This document shows, one piece after another, positions 21,590 to 30,606 of a DNA stretch of 52,946 nucleotides (position 1 is the stretch's first letter; each line of letters starts with the position of its first letter). The stretch comes from Candidatus Thorarchaeota archaeon (GTDB taxonomy: Archaea; Asgardarchaeota; Thorarchaeia; Thorarchaeales; Thorarchaeaceae): contig PRDH01000016.1 of NCBI GenBank assembly GCA_003345545.1, positions 1 to 52,946 of the forward strand, in the 5' to 3' direction. The translations under genes and the position numbers were made by a program. Below the pieces are notes generated by a model. That model was not told the DNA's origin. It worked only from the letters and a program-made list of their open reading frames with translations, and searched no databases.

Positions 21590-22465
21590 CTACATGCTCG
21601 TAAATACACCGAAGACAACCAGGCAGTCACCTGCAGCATGAAATAGGACTGCACCCCAGATGCTGCCGGTCTTTTGTGTCAGATAACCCCAGGCGAGCGA
21701 GAGAGGAAAAGCTATCAGGAGAAGAAACAGAATCAGATTCGTTGTATAGGTGACCTGCGCGTGAATGAGAGTGAATACTATTGCAGCCAGAAGATTGGAT
21801 AGATTCGCTCCTAGAAAGGGCTCGAATCGTTTCAGAAGCAGGCCTCTAAAGAGCAATTCCTCCATGAATCCGTTCGAGAGCACGAATAGCAGGATCCATG
21901 GGGATAACGAAAGTAGTCTGTCCACTATGCCTACCTGATTTGCCAGGGGGATGTATGCAATTATCGGAAAGACGATGAAGGCAATGATACCGACGACAAG
22001 TGCAATGCCAATTCTGCCTCTATTGAGGTACATGGACTCTCGATTGGCTCCGATGAGCATCATGAGTACTAGGAGGGGGATGACCCGTAGGACTGCTTCA
22101 GAGAACTTGGCGACGGCTATTCCAGATGGAGTTGCAAGAGAGAACCCGAGAAGCTCTACTAGGAACCCACTGAACAGGCTACTGAGAAGAACTACGGCTC
22201 CAGCCGCAAAAAAGGCATAGAACACCTGAAAGTACTCTCTGCCTCTCTTACTTATTCGTAACAAAACAGCAGCAGCTAGGAGTGCTGCTATGATGCAGGC
22301 ATGTATGACTAGCAGTATCGTGATTGAAACAATCGACGATAGTGGGATTATAGCAAATATTGCTGACTCTAACATGAAGAAGAGTAGAAAGTAACCAGCT
22401 CTCTTGGACCAATGAGCATTGGGTGGTTTCTGACAGCCCTGTTGTTCAGTTTCTATGTCGCTCAA
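21590..22465 (-). CDS. CPBP (CAAX/Abi) intramembrane metalloprotease
   Basis: EELLFRG, FTLIH, AVLFH; multiple TMs. Confidence 0.92.
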   Translation of the reverse strand: MSDIETEQQGCQKPPNAHWSKRAGYFLLFFMLESAIFAIIPLSSIVSITILLVIHACIIAALLAAAVLLRISKRGREYFQVFYAFFAAGAVVLLSSLFSGFLVELLGFSLATPSGIAVAKFSEAVLRVIPLLVLMMLIGANRESMYLNRGRIGIALVVGIIAFIVFPIIAYIPLANQVGIVDRLLSLSPWILLFVLSNGFMEELLFRGLLLKRFEPFLGANLSNLLAAIVFTLIHAQVTYTTNLILFLLLIAFPLSLAWGYLTQKTGSIWGAVLFHAAGDCLVVFGVFTSM

Positions 22466-22574
22466 GTGAAGGCCTCTTTTCTGTTTCTTACTGGATTCTA
22501 ACCAAGTAATAAAGATGGAGCGATCCCGTCTGTCATATGACCCCAGTACTTAATTCAGGCTTTATCGTCATGTT

Positions 22575-23129
22575 TTGGTGATGAAGCGAGTGCTGATTCT
22601 TGGACCTAGTGGCTCGGGAAAGTCGACCCTAGGTGAAAGACTTGGTCGAATTCTTGGTATTCCTATTATTCACTTGGACAAATATTACTGGAAGCCAAAC
22701 TGGGCATATACTCCAGAAGACGAATGGAGAGCCAAGGTCAAGAATCTCATCACTTCAGACTCGTGGGTCATGGACGGAAACTACACGTCAACGCTCAGAC
22801 TTCGTGCGTCCGCCGCAGACACCATCATCTTCATTGATGTTCCTCGAAGATTGTCGTACCTCCGCATATTCAGTAGGTTCCTTAGATTTCGAGGTAGAAC
22901 AAGACCAGATCTTAGCGAAGACTGCCCAGAGAAGATTGACTGGGACTTCATCAGATGGATCTGGGACTATCCTCGCACTCGGAGACCCGCGATTCTCAGG
23001 TTTCTGGAGAAGCAGAAGTCAATGAAGAACGTGTTCGTTCTTCAGGGACAGAGGGAGGTTGAAGCATTCCTTCGTTCTCTTGGAAAAAATGGAGATGATC
23101 AGAGGACCGGCGAACCGTCATTCCTCTAG
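22575..23129 (+). CDS. Topology-modulation protein (FlaR-like P-loop kinase)
   Basis: GPSGSGKST, HLDKYYW, WVMDGNY, RPDLSEDCPEK. Confidence 0.9.
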   Translation: MVMKRVLILGPSGSGKSTLGERLGRILGIPIIHLDKYYWKPNWAYTPEDEWRAKVKNLITSDSWVMDGNYTSTLRLRASAADTIIFIDVPRRLSYLRIFSRFLRFRGRTRPDLSEDCPEKIDWDFIRWIWDYPRTRRPAILRFLEKQKSMKNVFVLQGQREVEAFLRSLGKNGDDQRTGEPSFL

Positions 23130-23141
23130 CAGTTCCAGAGG

Positions 23142-23753
23142 ATGATTATAGTACGCGCCAACTACGGAGTCCTAGATTATAAGGAAATAGAGCATAGTAT
23201 GGATGGGGGATTGATGGTGAAGCGCCCGTCACGATCTCAGGGGCTTCTTGTTGCAGGTCTGCTCCTAGTTCTTATAGGAAGTCTCCTGCCTCTCCGTCTC
23301 CCGAGCTGGACCAGTCAGCGTACTTTTGAGATCGGCTCCTCAGGCGTCGATATTCCAGTGAGCATACTGTATGGTGAGGCATTGGCGATCAGTGTCTCAT
23401 TTGATGACTCGGCCGTTCCTAGTGACTGTTGGGTATGGGCGCAGATTGACTACCAATATCCTACGAAGAGCATTGGTGAAACTGCAATCCGCCTCGAGGG
23501 TCAGCGTGAAGTAGACTTCACGTTTAGCTGGGCGAATGTACACCTTATTCCTTTCTTCGTCACTTGCTTCCTGGTCAGACTATTCTATTGGGGTTCAGAG
23601 ACCGTCATGGTCAATGTCACTATCAGTAGATTGACAAACATAGCCACTCTTGCTGGTCTTGGCCTCTTGGTCGCTTCAGTCTTTGTTGTCATCGCGCCAG
23701 TCATGATTGGCATGTTTGGTAGGTGGAGAAGTAAGGAACAACTGATGATATAA
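23142..23753 (+). CDS. Hypothetical membrane protein (TM - beta-rich domain - TM)
   Basis: N- and C-terminal hydrophobic helices; start uncertain. Confidence 0.6.
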   Translation: MIIVRANYGVLDYKEIEHSMDGGLMVKRPSRSQGLLVAGLLLVLIGSLLPLRLPSWTSQRTFEIGSSGVDIPVSILYGEALAISVSFDDSAVPSDCWVWAQIDYQYPTKSIGETAIRLEGQREVDFTFSWANVHLIPFFVTCFLVRLFYWGSETVMVNVTISRLTNIATLAGLGLLVASVFVVIAPVMIGMFGRWRSKEQLMI

Positions 23754-23893
23754 TGGTCGGAGTGCCCGGATTTGAACCGGGAACCAATGGATAACTATGA
23801 GAAGCTATCACAATAGCAGCTCTCTACAGTCCATAGCTTATGGCCTACTGTACTGCAGATGTGCAGCAGACTGCCAGGTTGAGCTACACTCCG
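23754..23893 (-). tRNA. tRNA-Tyr(GUA) with two introns (22/23 and 37/38)
   Basis: Cloverleaf after removing 23839-23870 (BHB TGGC/GCCA) and 23793-23823 (BHB CTGT/ATAG); CCA. Confidence 0.95.
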
Positions 23894-23969
23894 CTTTGAC
23901 TTCTGCCCTAGTTTATTGTGTTAAAAGGATTACTCCTTATCAACGCAGAATTCGGGACGTAGCTCTTGA

Positions 23970-24400
23970 CCTATCTCCTGCTATTGTTGAGTGAACGTCA
24001 ACTGCAAGAAACTTCTGTGTTTCACCGTTTCTCGACCTGATGTCGCCATCACACTTTGGCACCACCCAAAGGTCAGTCAAGACTTCATCCCCAGTCATTG
24101 AGACACTGTCCCTCCTACGGGTCTGGTTTCTTTCTCCTGTATTTCAGGCGGAGTATCATTTCCGCAGACAGAGAGCTTTTCCACAGTTCTTTCCACGGCG
24201 GGGTCATTCTCACTCTTCTCAGATTCGTCGCCGAAGTTGAGAAGGTCCGATTGGACGAAGTGATCAGCCGCGGACTCCCTGGAGTCTGATACATAACTCC
24301 TCTTTTGGAGTAAGGACATCAGTTGTGGGTTCTTCCCTGTGTTCACAGAGTCCACCCACTTTCCTCGTCCTCTCACAGAATGCAATGAGTCCGTGAGCAT
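23970..24400 (-). ncRNA. Putative omega/reRNA of the TnpB, overlapping its 3' coding region
   Basis: Dense series of hairpins ending in GTTGACGTTCAC followed by a candidate guide TCAACAATAGCAGGAGATAGG. Confidence 0.55.
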
Positions 24401-25802
24401 AATGAGACGTGCAGCAATATTGATGGCACCGTTCCTGTCCGCATTGGTTTCATGGCCACATGATGGGCAGACAAAATGGTTCTGTTTAGGCCGCCTCCCT
24501 CTTGAGCTGCACTTCCAGCATAATGAGGACGTCCAGGCCTCTGAGACTACCTTGTAGCGGGCCTTCTTTCCATCGACAACCCATCCAAGCTGTGAGAGCT
24601 GATGCTTCAGACCATTGGTAATCCTTGCAAAGGACCATGAGTTGATCATTTTTCGATGTGAAAGGCTGGTATGACTTCCTCGACGGGCTTTATTCCGTAT
24701 ATGTTTCAGCCTGCCAAGAGCCACGTAGAGAGTGTGTTTCTCAGAGAGTTGAATGATATATTGTAGGAGTTCTCGAAGAAGCAAGAGATCATATTCTCTT
24801 GAGACATCTTCGCGCTTCGACTTCAATTGCCTCAGTCTCTTGGCGATGTTGTCATAAGACTGATGTCTGCTTCGACGAGATTCCATTTCGCTCTGAAGTT
24901 CTGCAACAAGCTGGTCATACTTTTCAATGGCATTTGCCTTGTCTTGCTGGACAAAGTATCTAGTCTCTCGAACCTTTTCAGGTGTTATCAGGGCAGTACA
25001 CGCAGCTTTCTTTATTCCCAAGTCGATTCCTAATACTGCCGGTGGAAGATTGCCCTCAGCAGATACTGAGTCCTCATTCAACCTGACAGCAAAATGGACC
25101 CACCACCGTCCTCTTCTATCATTGATGAGCTGAAGAGCTTTTATCTTCCCTCTTTCAATTTGACCAATGTGAAACTGACACATCTTTAGAGGAATGCGTA
25201 TACGGTCGTGTATGGACTTCTTCTTTGGAGCAGAGTCAAAGGAGTCCTGCAGGTCCAACCACCAACGCGAAGCTGATGATGTGGTTTCTAGCAGCCTGAA
25301 TTTTAGAGAATATATCCATCTAGGAATTCTTCCAGATTTGATGGTCTCACAAGGTCGTGCTGACCTACTCCTTCTTCTCTTTCTGAGTGCCAAGTAGCTC
25401 TCGTATAGAGCTATTGCTGTCCTTCGGCACTCAATAAGTTCACCAGAAGAACATCGTGGAAACTTCTCTTTCATATCATGAAGGACTTCGAGGCGTTGTG
25501 GATATTTGGACGCCACATGTACTGCTGTGATTGTCAGATGATCGAGAGCTCCATCGTTGATTCGTGTCTTGTAGCGACCTGATAATAAGTTGCTTTCATG
25601 TTGCTCGATTACACCTAGGAAGGAACGGATTATACGGGTGTCCCGGCCGACAATCTGACGAAGCCTCTGTTTTTTCAGCTCCGTCATCGTATCCCAAGCG
25701 ATAGGAACCTTTACGGTGATTGTCACACCTTTGGAACGACCCATTGCATTCGCCTACCAATTTAAACTTCTGACCTGTTTCGGTCAGCAGTTGAGTTCAC
25801 TC
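23989..25802 (-). mobile_element. Putative non-autonomous TnpB-only element bounded by 16/17-nt inverted motifs
   Basis: GAGTGAACGTCAACTGC (23989-24005) versus GCAGTTGAGTTCACTC (25787-25802); no transposase gene and no clear TSD. Confidence 0.55.
24095..25744 (-). CDS. tnpB: TnpB/Cas12f-like RNA-guided endonuclease with rearranged RuvC-II
   Basis: RuvC-I LGIDLG; canonical Glu position reads VALGRL; SEAWTS; Zn finger CWKC..CPSC; RuvC-III NADRNGAINIA. Confidence 0.9.
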   Translation of the reverse strand: MGRSKGVTITVKVPIAWDTMTELKKQRLRQIVGRDTRIIRSFLGVIEQHESNLLSGRYKTRINDGALDHLTITAVHVASKYPQRLEVLHDMKEKFPRCSSGELIECRRTAIALYESYLALRKRRRSRSARPCETIKSGRIPRWIYSLKFRLLETTSSASRWWLDLQDSFDSAPKKKSIHDRIRIPLKMCQFHIGQIERGKIKALQLINDRRGRWWVHFAVRLNEDSVSAEGNLPPAVLGIDLGIKKAACTALITPEKVRETRYFVQQDKANAIEKYDQLVAELQSEMESRRSRHQSYDNIAKRLRQLKSKREDVSREYDLLLLRELLQYIIQLSEKHTLYVALGRLKHIRNKARRGSHTSLSHRKMINSWSFARITNGLKHQLSQLGWVVDGKKARYKVVSEAWTSSLCWKCSSRGRRPKQNHFVCPSCGHETNADRNGAINIAARLIMLTDSLHSVRGRGKWVDSVNTGKNPQLMSLLQKRSYVSDSRESAADHFVQSDLLNFGDESEKSENDPAVERTVEKLSVCGNDTPPEIQEKETRPVGGTVSQ

Positions 25803-25866
25803 CCCCTCTTGTTCGGAGGATGTCTTTTGAACTCGTATTGATGTAGAAACGGGGTAATTTAAACTT
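25759..25866 (-). promoter_or_regulatory. Twin AATTTAAACTT boxes (tandem TATA-like promoters) upstream of tnpB
   Basis: Exact 11-bp direct repeat at 25759-25769 and 25856-25866 enclosing two hairpins. Confidence 0.45.
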
Positions 25867-26004
25867 ATTAAGTAATTTTAACAAACATTCGTTGTACTAT
25901 CTCTCTGATGCCCATCTAGGCTCCATAGAAGCGAAACGAATATTAGAGAATTGATTGAATAGGTCACAACATTCAAAGAATAATGCAGGAAAGGTGAACA
26001 CGGC

Positions 26005-29000
26005 ATGCTGGAGGGCAGAGGACGACCACGCAAGGTGATGCCAGTCCACCCCAATCTGGTCCTGACCCGGGCCCTGAAGACCGCCCTCTCTACAGCAGTG
26101 TACCTGCAGCGTGCACTGAAGAACAAGAACACTGCCCACCTCTATGACAGTTCACGCAGGAGCCTGAGAAGAGCCGAGCGAAGATACCTGAGACTGAAGG
26201 CACACGGCGCCGCACACTACACACACCTTGCCAGGGCAGAGCACACCATCCGAAAGAACTCCCTGCAGATGCTGTTCGAGAACGCGGCAGCCTACGAGAA
26301 CCGGGAGACCCGACGGGTCAAGAGCTCCGATAAGACAGTGGGTCCCCTGAACCAGAGGCTCAACATCGGCGGGGCTGCCCTCAGGGACTTTGGCATGACC
26401 ATGTTCCCCTTTCCGGATCAGGTCCCCCTGCGCGGGTCGCCCGATGTGACCTATGGATATCCGGAGGACTCCCTGTGCCATGAGGTGGTGCCTATCCACA
26501 ACATCCCTGAGCTGGACTTCATCGATGCCTGCAGACAGCACATGCAGGTCCTGACCACCTGGTGCTACGTATTCGATGTCCCGCTGAACGACACCGCAAA
26601 GTACGCCAACCTGTTCCTCCTCAGAGCACGACCCTACCTTGAACGGATATATTCCGAGAACAGGTATGGAGAGCCCGGTTTCAGAGAGGGCACCATCAGG
26701 ATTCTCAGAGAACTCAAGGATGACATCGCCAGACACTACAGGGTCCGCTCCGGTGATACCCCGACCGTGACCTCAGCATCCGAACATCGGGAGCCGGAGT
26801 ACAGCACCGACTTCTTCAGGGACCAGATGAGAGAGGCCCGAGAGCAGGGGATTGTCTCAGGCGCAATGGATGAGGTCGACCGGATTCTGGCAGGCGGGTC
26901 GATCATCAAGACCATGCCGGATGAAGAGACCCTTGAGGAGAGACCCGCCCCCTGCCTGACAGACGAGGATGTCAGGTACATCTGGCAGCGGCTCTTCGAG
27001 CTGAGCGGTCAGAAGGGGAGCCAGGTCCACAGGCAGATCACCAGCCTCTTTCCCAGCCACTGGAACATTGGTCGAGCGATACGCTTCGGAGATGAACTGG
27101 GAGGCGAGGATGGATACCTACTCTGCTCCGAGATCCCTATCGACACGAGACTGGGAAAGGGGAGGATAGACCTTGTCCTGCTCAGACGAGTGGTGACTCC
27201 GGACGGGCTCAATGTGTTCTGGAAGCCGGTCTTCATTCTGGACATCAAGACCAGACAGGGGTACTCTTGGGACCTAGGGCATGAGACCAGGGAGTCGAAG
27301 TCGAGAAGACGGCACGGTCTGCCGCTGAGAGAGATACCAGAGTTCATCATCTCTGAGCGAGCGTTCGATGACATTGAGTGGAGGGCACTTCTAGAGGGAA
27401 ATCCGACAGACACGGCAGTCACGCAGGTCGATGCCTATGCGGCTGCAGCTGCTGAGGCGTATCAGGAGATTTCCCAGACCGAGAAACCGGCTGCTATTCT
27501 GAAGGGTACTCTTTTGGTCGATGCGAGTGATGATATCAGATTGATTCGCTCGGTCGTTCGTTCCTTTGTCATCGCGGTCTTCGAACGTGCTGCTGAGTTG
27601 GACGATAAGATCCCAAGGACTCTCTTCAGCGTGACAGTGAACGAGAGAGTTCCCAGGGCGGCTATCGTCCTCCACGAACAGCAGAATCCTGAACCTTCTC
27701 AGTTGGTATCGTTCCCCGCACCCATAGTCCCGATGCAGGACCCCTTTGAGATGCTGGTTCAGACTGACAGGGACTTTACTCTCTATCTCTCTGCAGAGCC
27801 GCCCACGTCCGGAGGTACTTCTGCAGCCTGGATCTCGAAGTACTACCATGGACTTGAATACGTCAATGAGTGGAAGAATAGGACCGGCAAGTCCAACATA
27901 CTGTGGATTGACCTCGCCGACGAGTTCGTCGAGGCTGGTTTCAGAGAGTGCAGGCTCTACCTGCGTCCTCGCAGTGGGATTCCGCGCGATCAGGCTCGGT
28001 GTCATGCAGTTTCTGAGAGAACTATCTTTGATTCAATCAATGTGATGGGGCTGTTCCAGAGAGTGCAGGACTATCTATTCAAAGATCGGCCCATTCCAAC
28101 CATTCAGACCGAGAAGAGGCCAGACCTGATAGTTGTCAGTGGGTGGGACAGAGTATTCGGTTCGACGCCCTCTCCCTATGATGAGAGACTTGGAGAACTC
28201 AAATCGAGTCTGGTCGGTCAGCTGATAGAAGGTTCCGATGCTTCCTTACTCTGGTTTGATGACCCGATACCCGGTGAGCAAAACTCGGGCGTCTATGCAA
28301 CGCGAACACTGGTTCCATACCATCGCGAGTCACCATTCTTCGGACAGGTGACTCAGATCATATGGAGTCTGCCTGTTGCACCCGAGAGTGAGATTCTACC
28401 AGATGAATGGGTTCTGCCATATGCAGCAACTGCTCCTCTCTATGATGATGTCAGAATCATTGTCACCCAGAAACAGAGAGAATTCGTCGCAGAACTGGCG
28501 AATGTTCCGCCTGTCGTAGGATGGTCACGCAAGTTTAGGAGCGAGTTGCTTGAGCCCGAGTTGGAATCAATCATGGATGAACCGATACCTCAGTCGGATA
28601 TTAGGGGCAGAATCAAGATTCTTGCCTTTGATCTGATTCCATGGCTTCCCGACCTCTGGCCTCTATCGAGTGTCGGAACAGACAATGAGAGGTCAGTACA
28701 TCAACTACTGCGCGAGCTGAGAGGAGAGTACAGGGTTCCACGGAATCAGATTGTTGTTACCAGTGAGTTGCTGACCGAAGCTGTTCAGGAACCGCAATTG
28801 CTTGAGAGGATGAGATTCAGACCAAGAGGCCCAAAGAGTGGGAAGTCGTATGCCTCGCTAGCCTTGGGCACAATCAACTCTCACCGGCTCTATCGCTCAC
28901 CATATTCGATCAAGTCGAAAGAGAGGTCGTCGTACAAGAGCACTGAACCAACAGACAACGAACAGGATGTAAAGTTCCTATTTGGTCGTATGTTTACGAG

Positions 29001-30606
29001 AGTCACCCCTGAAACGCAAGATGAGTTGTTGGTGATTGAAGACCAGACGGACTCAACAAGATTGCTCATCGGGCATTTTTCTGAGTCCTCCAGAAAGGAC
29101 CAATCGGGATTTCTTTGGAGTGAGAAGGATAATGATCGGTTGCTCTCTCTGCTAGAGGAGTTCGATTCGCTGGTAACTGATGACATCTTGGTCAGAATCA
29201 CTGAGAATCAAGAAGAGCTATGGCGATGGGATACGGATGTGAAACAGTGGCGACCCCGCAGCATCATCGAGATTGTTTCAAGTAGAGTGGGACGAGTTGG
29301 TGCAATACACGGGATTCGGGAGGGGTTGCTAGACTCCAGAGAGAGAGTCGTGTCAGAATCCGGTCTGTCACAGTCCTTCAATCATCGTGTCAGACAATCT
29401 CTGTATCAATTGATAGAACAAGAGAAACTGCGAAGACCCGTCAAGATATCCCTTGAGAGAAAGAATGCGTTCTGCAATATCAGATTGCAGCAGCCTACGG
29501 ACGACGGGCTTATCCATCTGGTCGGGGTTCAGAGTGTTCCTGATCTAATTAATACTCTGAGATTGCCGTTCCAAGAACATAGGACTCTAAGATTAGAAGA
29601 CGGGAGTCAACTAAGTTGGAATCCGTTTACTGACATTGAGTACGGCGAGTTTGAGATAATCCGGCCCTATGTTGAAACAAACGCACCAAGAGATGTGGGC
29701 AGGTCTTTGCCAAAGTCAATCGAGGAACTGGTAGAAACCGGAGAAGAGCAGACATTAGAACTGGTGCTGGGTCATGACCAAAGTAGTTGTCCCCTACTGC
29801 TGAATACCGGAATGTTTCATGATAGATGTTGGACTATCACACTCAGGAATAGTAGTCTGGTTATGCCGCAGTTCGAAACCCCAATGAGTGGAAAAGAAGT
29901 CTATGGTCATTTGACTACGGGCAAGATGAGAAACGGGCAGCAGACATACAATACCGAACTATTGCTGAAGTACAGTAAAGACAGCAGGGAATTCTATGTA
30001 TATCATGAAGATGCTTGGATTCGGAGGCTTCTTCGTGAGATGAATATGAGTCTGAAAAAGCTTGTACCTGGAACATACCTCAGAGATGACGAACGGTGGA
30101 TAATCGACTATGTAGTACAAGGGAATGATGTTGAGTGGGCAGGAGTATCAACCATTTCAGGAATTCACTGGAAGAGCCGAGTGTTTCAATTCAGGCTCAA
30201 TCCAGCATCAAATCTCGAACAGGCAAAAAGTGAATTCCTTGACAGCATCGCAGCGGAGATTCCATTTGATAGTATTCTGAATCTGAATGAACTTGACCGA
30301 GAGATTGAAACGATTCTATCTAACCGTGGCTATGGTAAAGAAGGACCACAATGCAGACTCTCTGTGCTTTGTGAGGACAGGAAGATCACTGTCATTCTGA
30401 GTGAAGTGAGTGGATTGCAGCCGCGGATAGTTGACAGAAACTCCTTCATTATCGAGAAGACTGATAGTCGTGAGGCAATCTTGGAAGGATTTTACTACCG
30501 ATTTGAGTCTGGTGATTTGTCTAATTATCACATCATTAATGAAAAGGAGTTCTTCAATACCCTAGAAACACTACTTGATAAGATTGGTTTCAGGGAAGAT
30601 GACTAA
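26005..30606 (+). CDS. 1533-aa multidomain protein: AT-hook, PD-(D/E)XK-like nuclease, degenerate P-loop/RecA-like region
   Basis: RGRPRK; SEIPI..GRIDLVLL..ILDIKT..QVDAY; AEPPTSGGTS..ILWIDL..DLIVVSG. Confidence 0.7.
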   Translation: MLEGRGRPRKVMPVHPNLVLTRALKTALSTAVYLQRALKNKNTAHLYDSSRRSLRRAERRYLRLKAHGAAHYTHLARAEHTIRKNSLQMLFENAAAYENRETRRVKSSDKTVGPLNQRLNIGGAALRDFGMTMFPFPDQVPLRGSPDVTYGYPEDSLCHEVVPIHNIPELDFIDACRQHMQVLTTWCYVFDVPLNDTAKYANLFLLRARPYLERIYSENRYGEPGFREGTIRILRELKDDIARHYRVRSGDTPTVTSASEHREPEYSTDFFRDQMREAREQGIVSGAMDEVDRILAGGSIIKTMPDEETLEERPAPCLTDEDVRYIWQRLFELSGQKGSQVHRQITSLFPSHWNIGRAIRFGDELGGEDGYLLCSEIPIDTRLGKGRIDLVLLRRVVTPDGLNVFWKPVFILDIKTRQGYSWDLGHETRESKSRRRHGLPLREIPEFIISERAFDDIEWRALLEGNPTDTAVTQVDAYAAAAAEAYQEISQTEKPAAILKGTLLVDASDDIRLIRSVVRSFVIAVFERAAELDDKIPRTLFSVTVNERVPRAAIVLHEQQNPEPSQLVSFPAPIVPMQDPFEMLVQTDRDFTLYLSAEPPTSGGTSAAWISKYYHGLEYVNEWKNRTGKSNILWIDLADEFVEAGFRECRLYLRPRSGIPRDQARCHAVSERTIFDSINVMGLFQRVQDYLFKDRPIPTIQTEKRPDLIVVSGWDRVFGSTPSPYDERLGELKSSLVGQLIEGSDASLLWFDDPIPGEQNSGVYATRTLVPYHRESPFFGQVTQIIWSLPVAPESEILPDEWVLPYAATAPLYDDVRIIVTQKQREFVAELANVPPVVGWSRKFRSELLEPELESIMDEPIPQSDIRGRIKILAFDLIPWLPDLWPLSSVGTDNERSVHQLLRELRGEYRVPRNQIVVTSELLTEAVQEPQLLERMRFRPRGPKSGKSYASLALGTINSHRLYRSPYSIKSKERSSYKSTEPTDNEQDVKFLFGRMFTRVTPETQDELLVIEDQTDSTRLLIGHFSESSRKDQSGFLWSEKDNDRLLSLLEEFDSLVTDDILVRITENQEELWRWDTDVKQWRPRSIIEIVSSRVGRVGAIHGIREGLLDSRERVVSESGLSQSFNHRVRQSLYQLIEQEKLRRPVKISLERKNAFCNIRLQQPTDDGLIHLVGVQSVPDLINTLRLPFQEHRTLRLEDGSQLSWNPFTDIEYGEFEIIRPYVETNAPRDVGRSLPKSIEELVETGEEQTLELVLGHDQSSCPLLLNTGMFHDRCWTITLRNSSLVMPQFETPMSGKEVYGHLTTGKMRNGQQTYNTELLLKYSKDSREFYVYHEDAWIRRLLREMNMSLKKLVPGTYLRDDERWIIDYVVQGNDVEWAGVSTISGIHWKSRVFQFRLNPASNLEQAKSEFLDSIAAEIPFDSILNLNELDREIETILSNRGYGKEGPQCRLSVLCEDRKITVILSEVSGLQPRIVDRNSFIIEKTDSREAILEGFYYRFESGDLSNYHIINEKEFFNTLETLLDKIGFREDD

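Noticed and set aside
23900-26000. CRISPR array for the Cas12f-like protein
   Set aside because: No regularly spaced direct repeats seen on either side of the gene.
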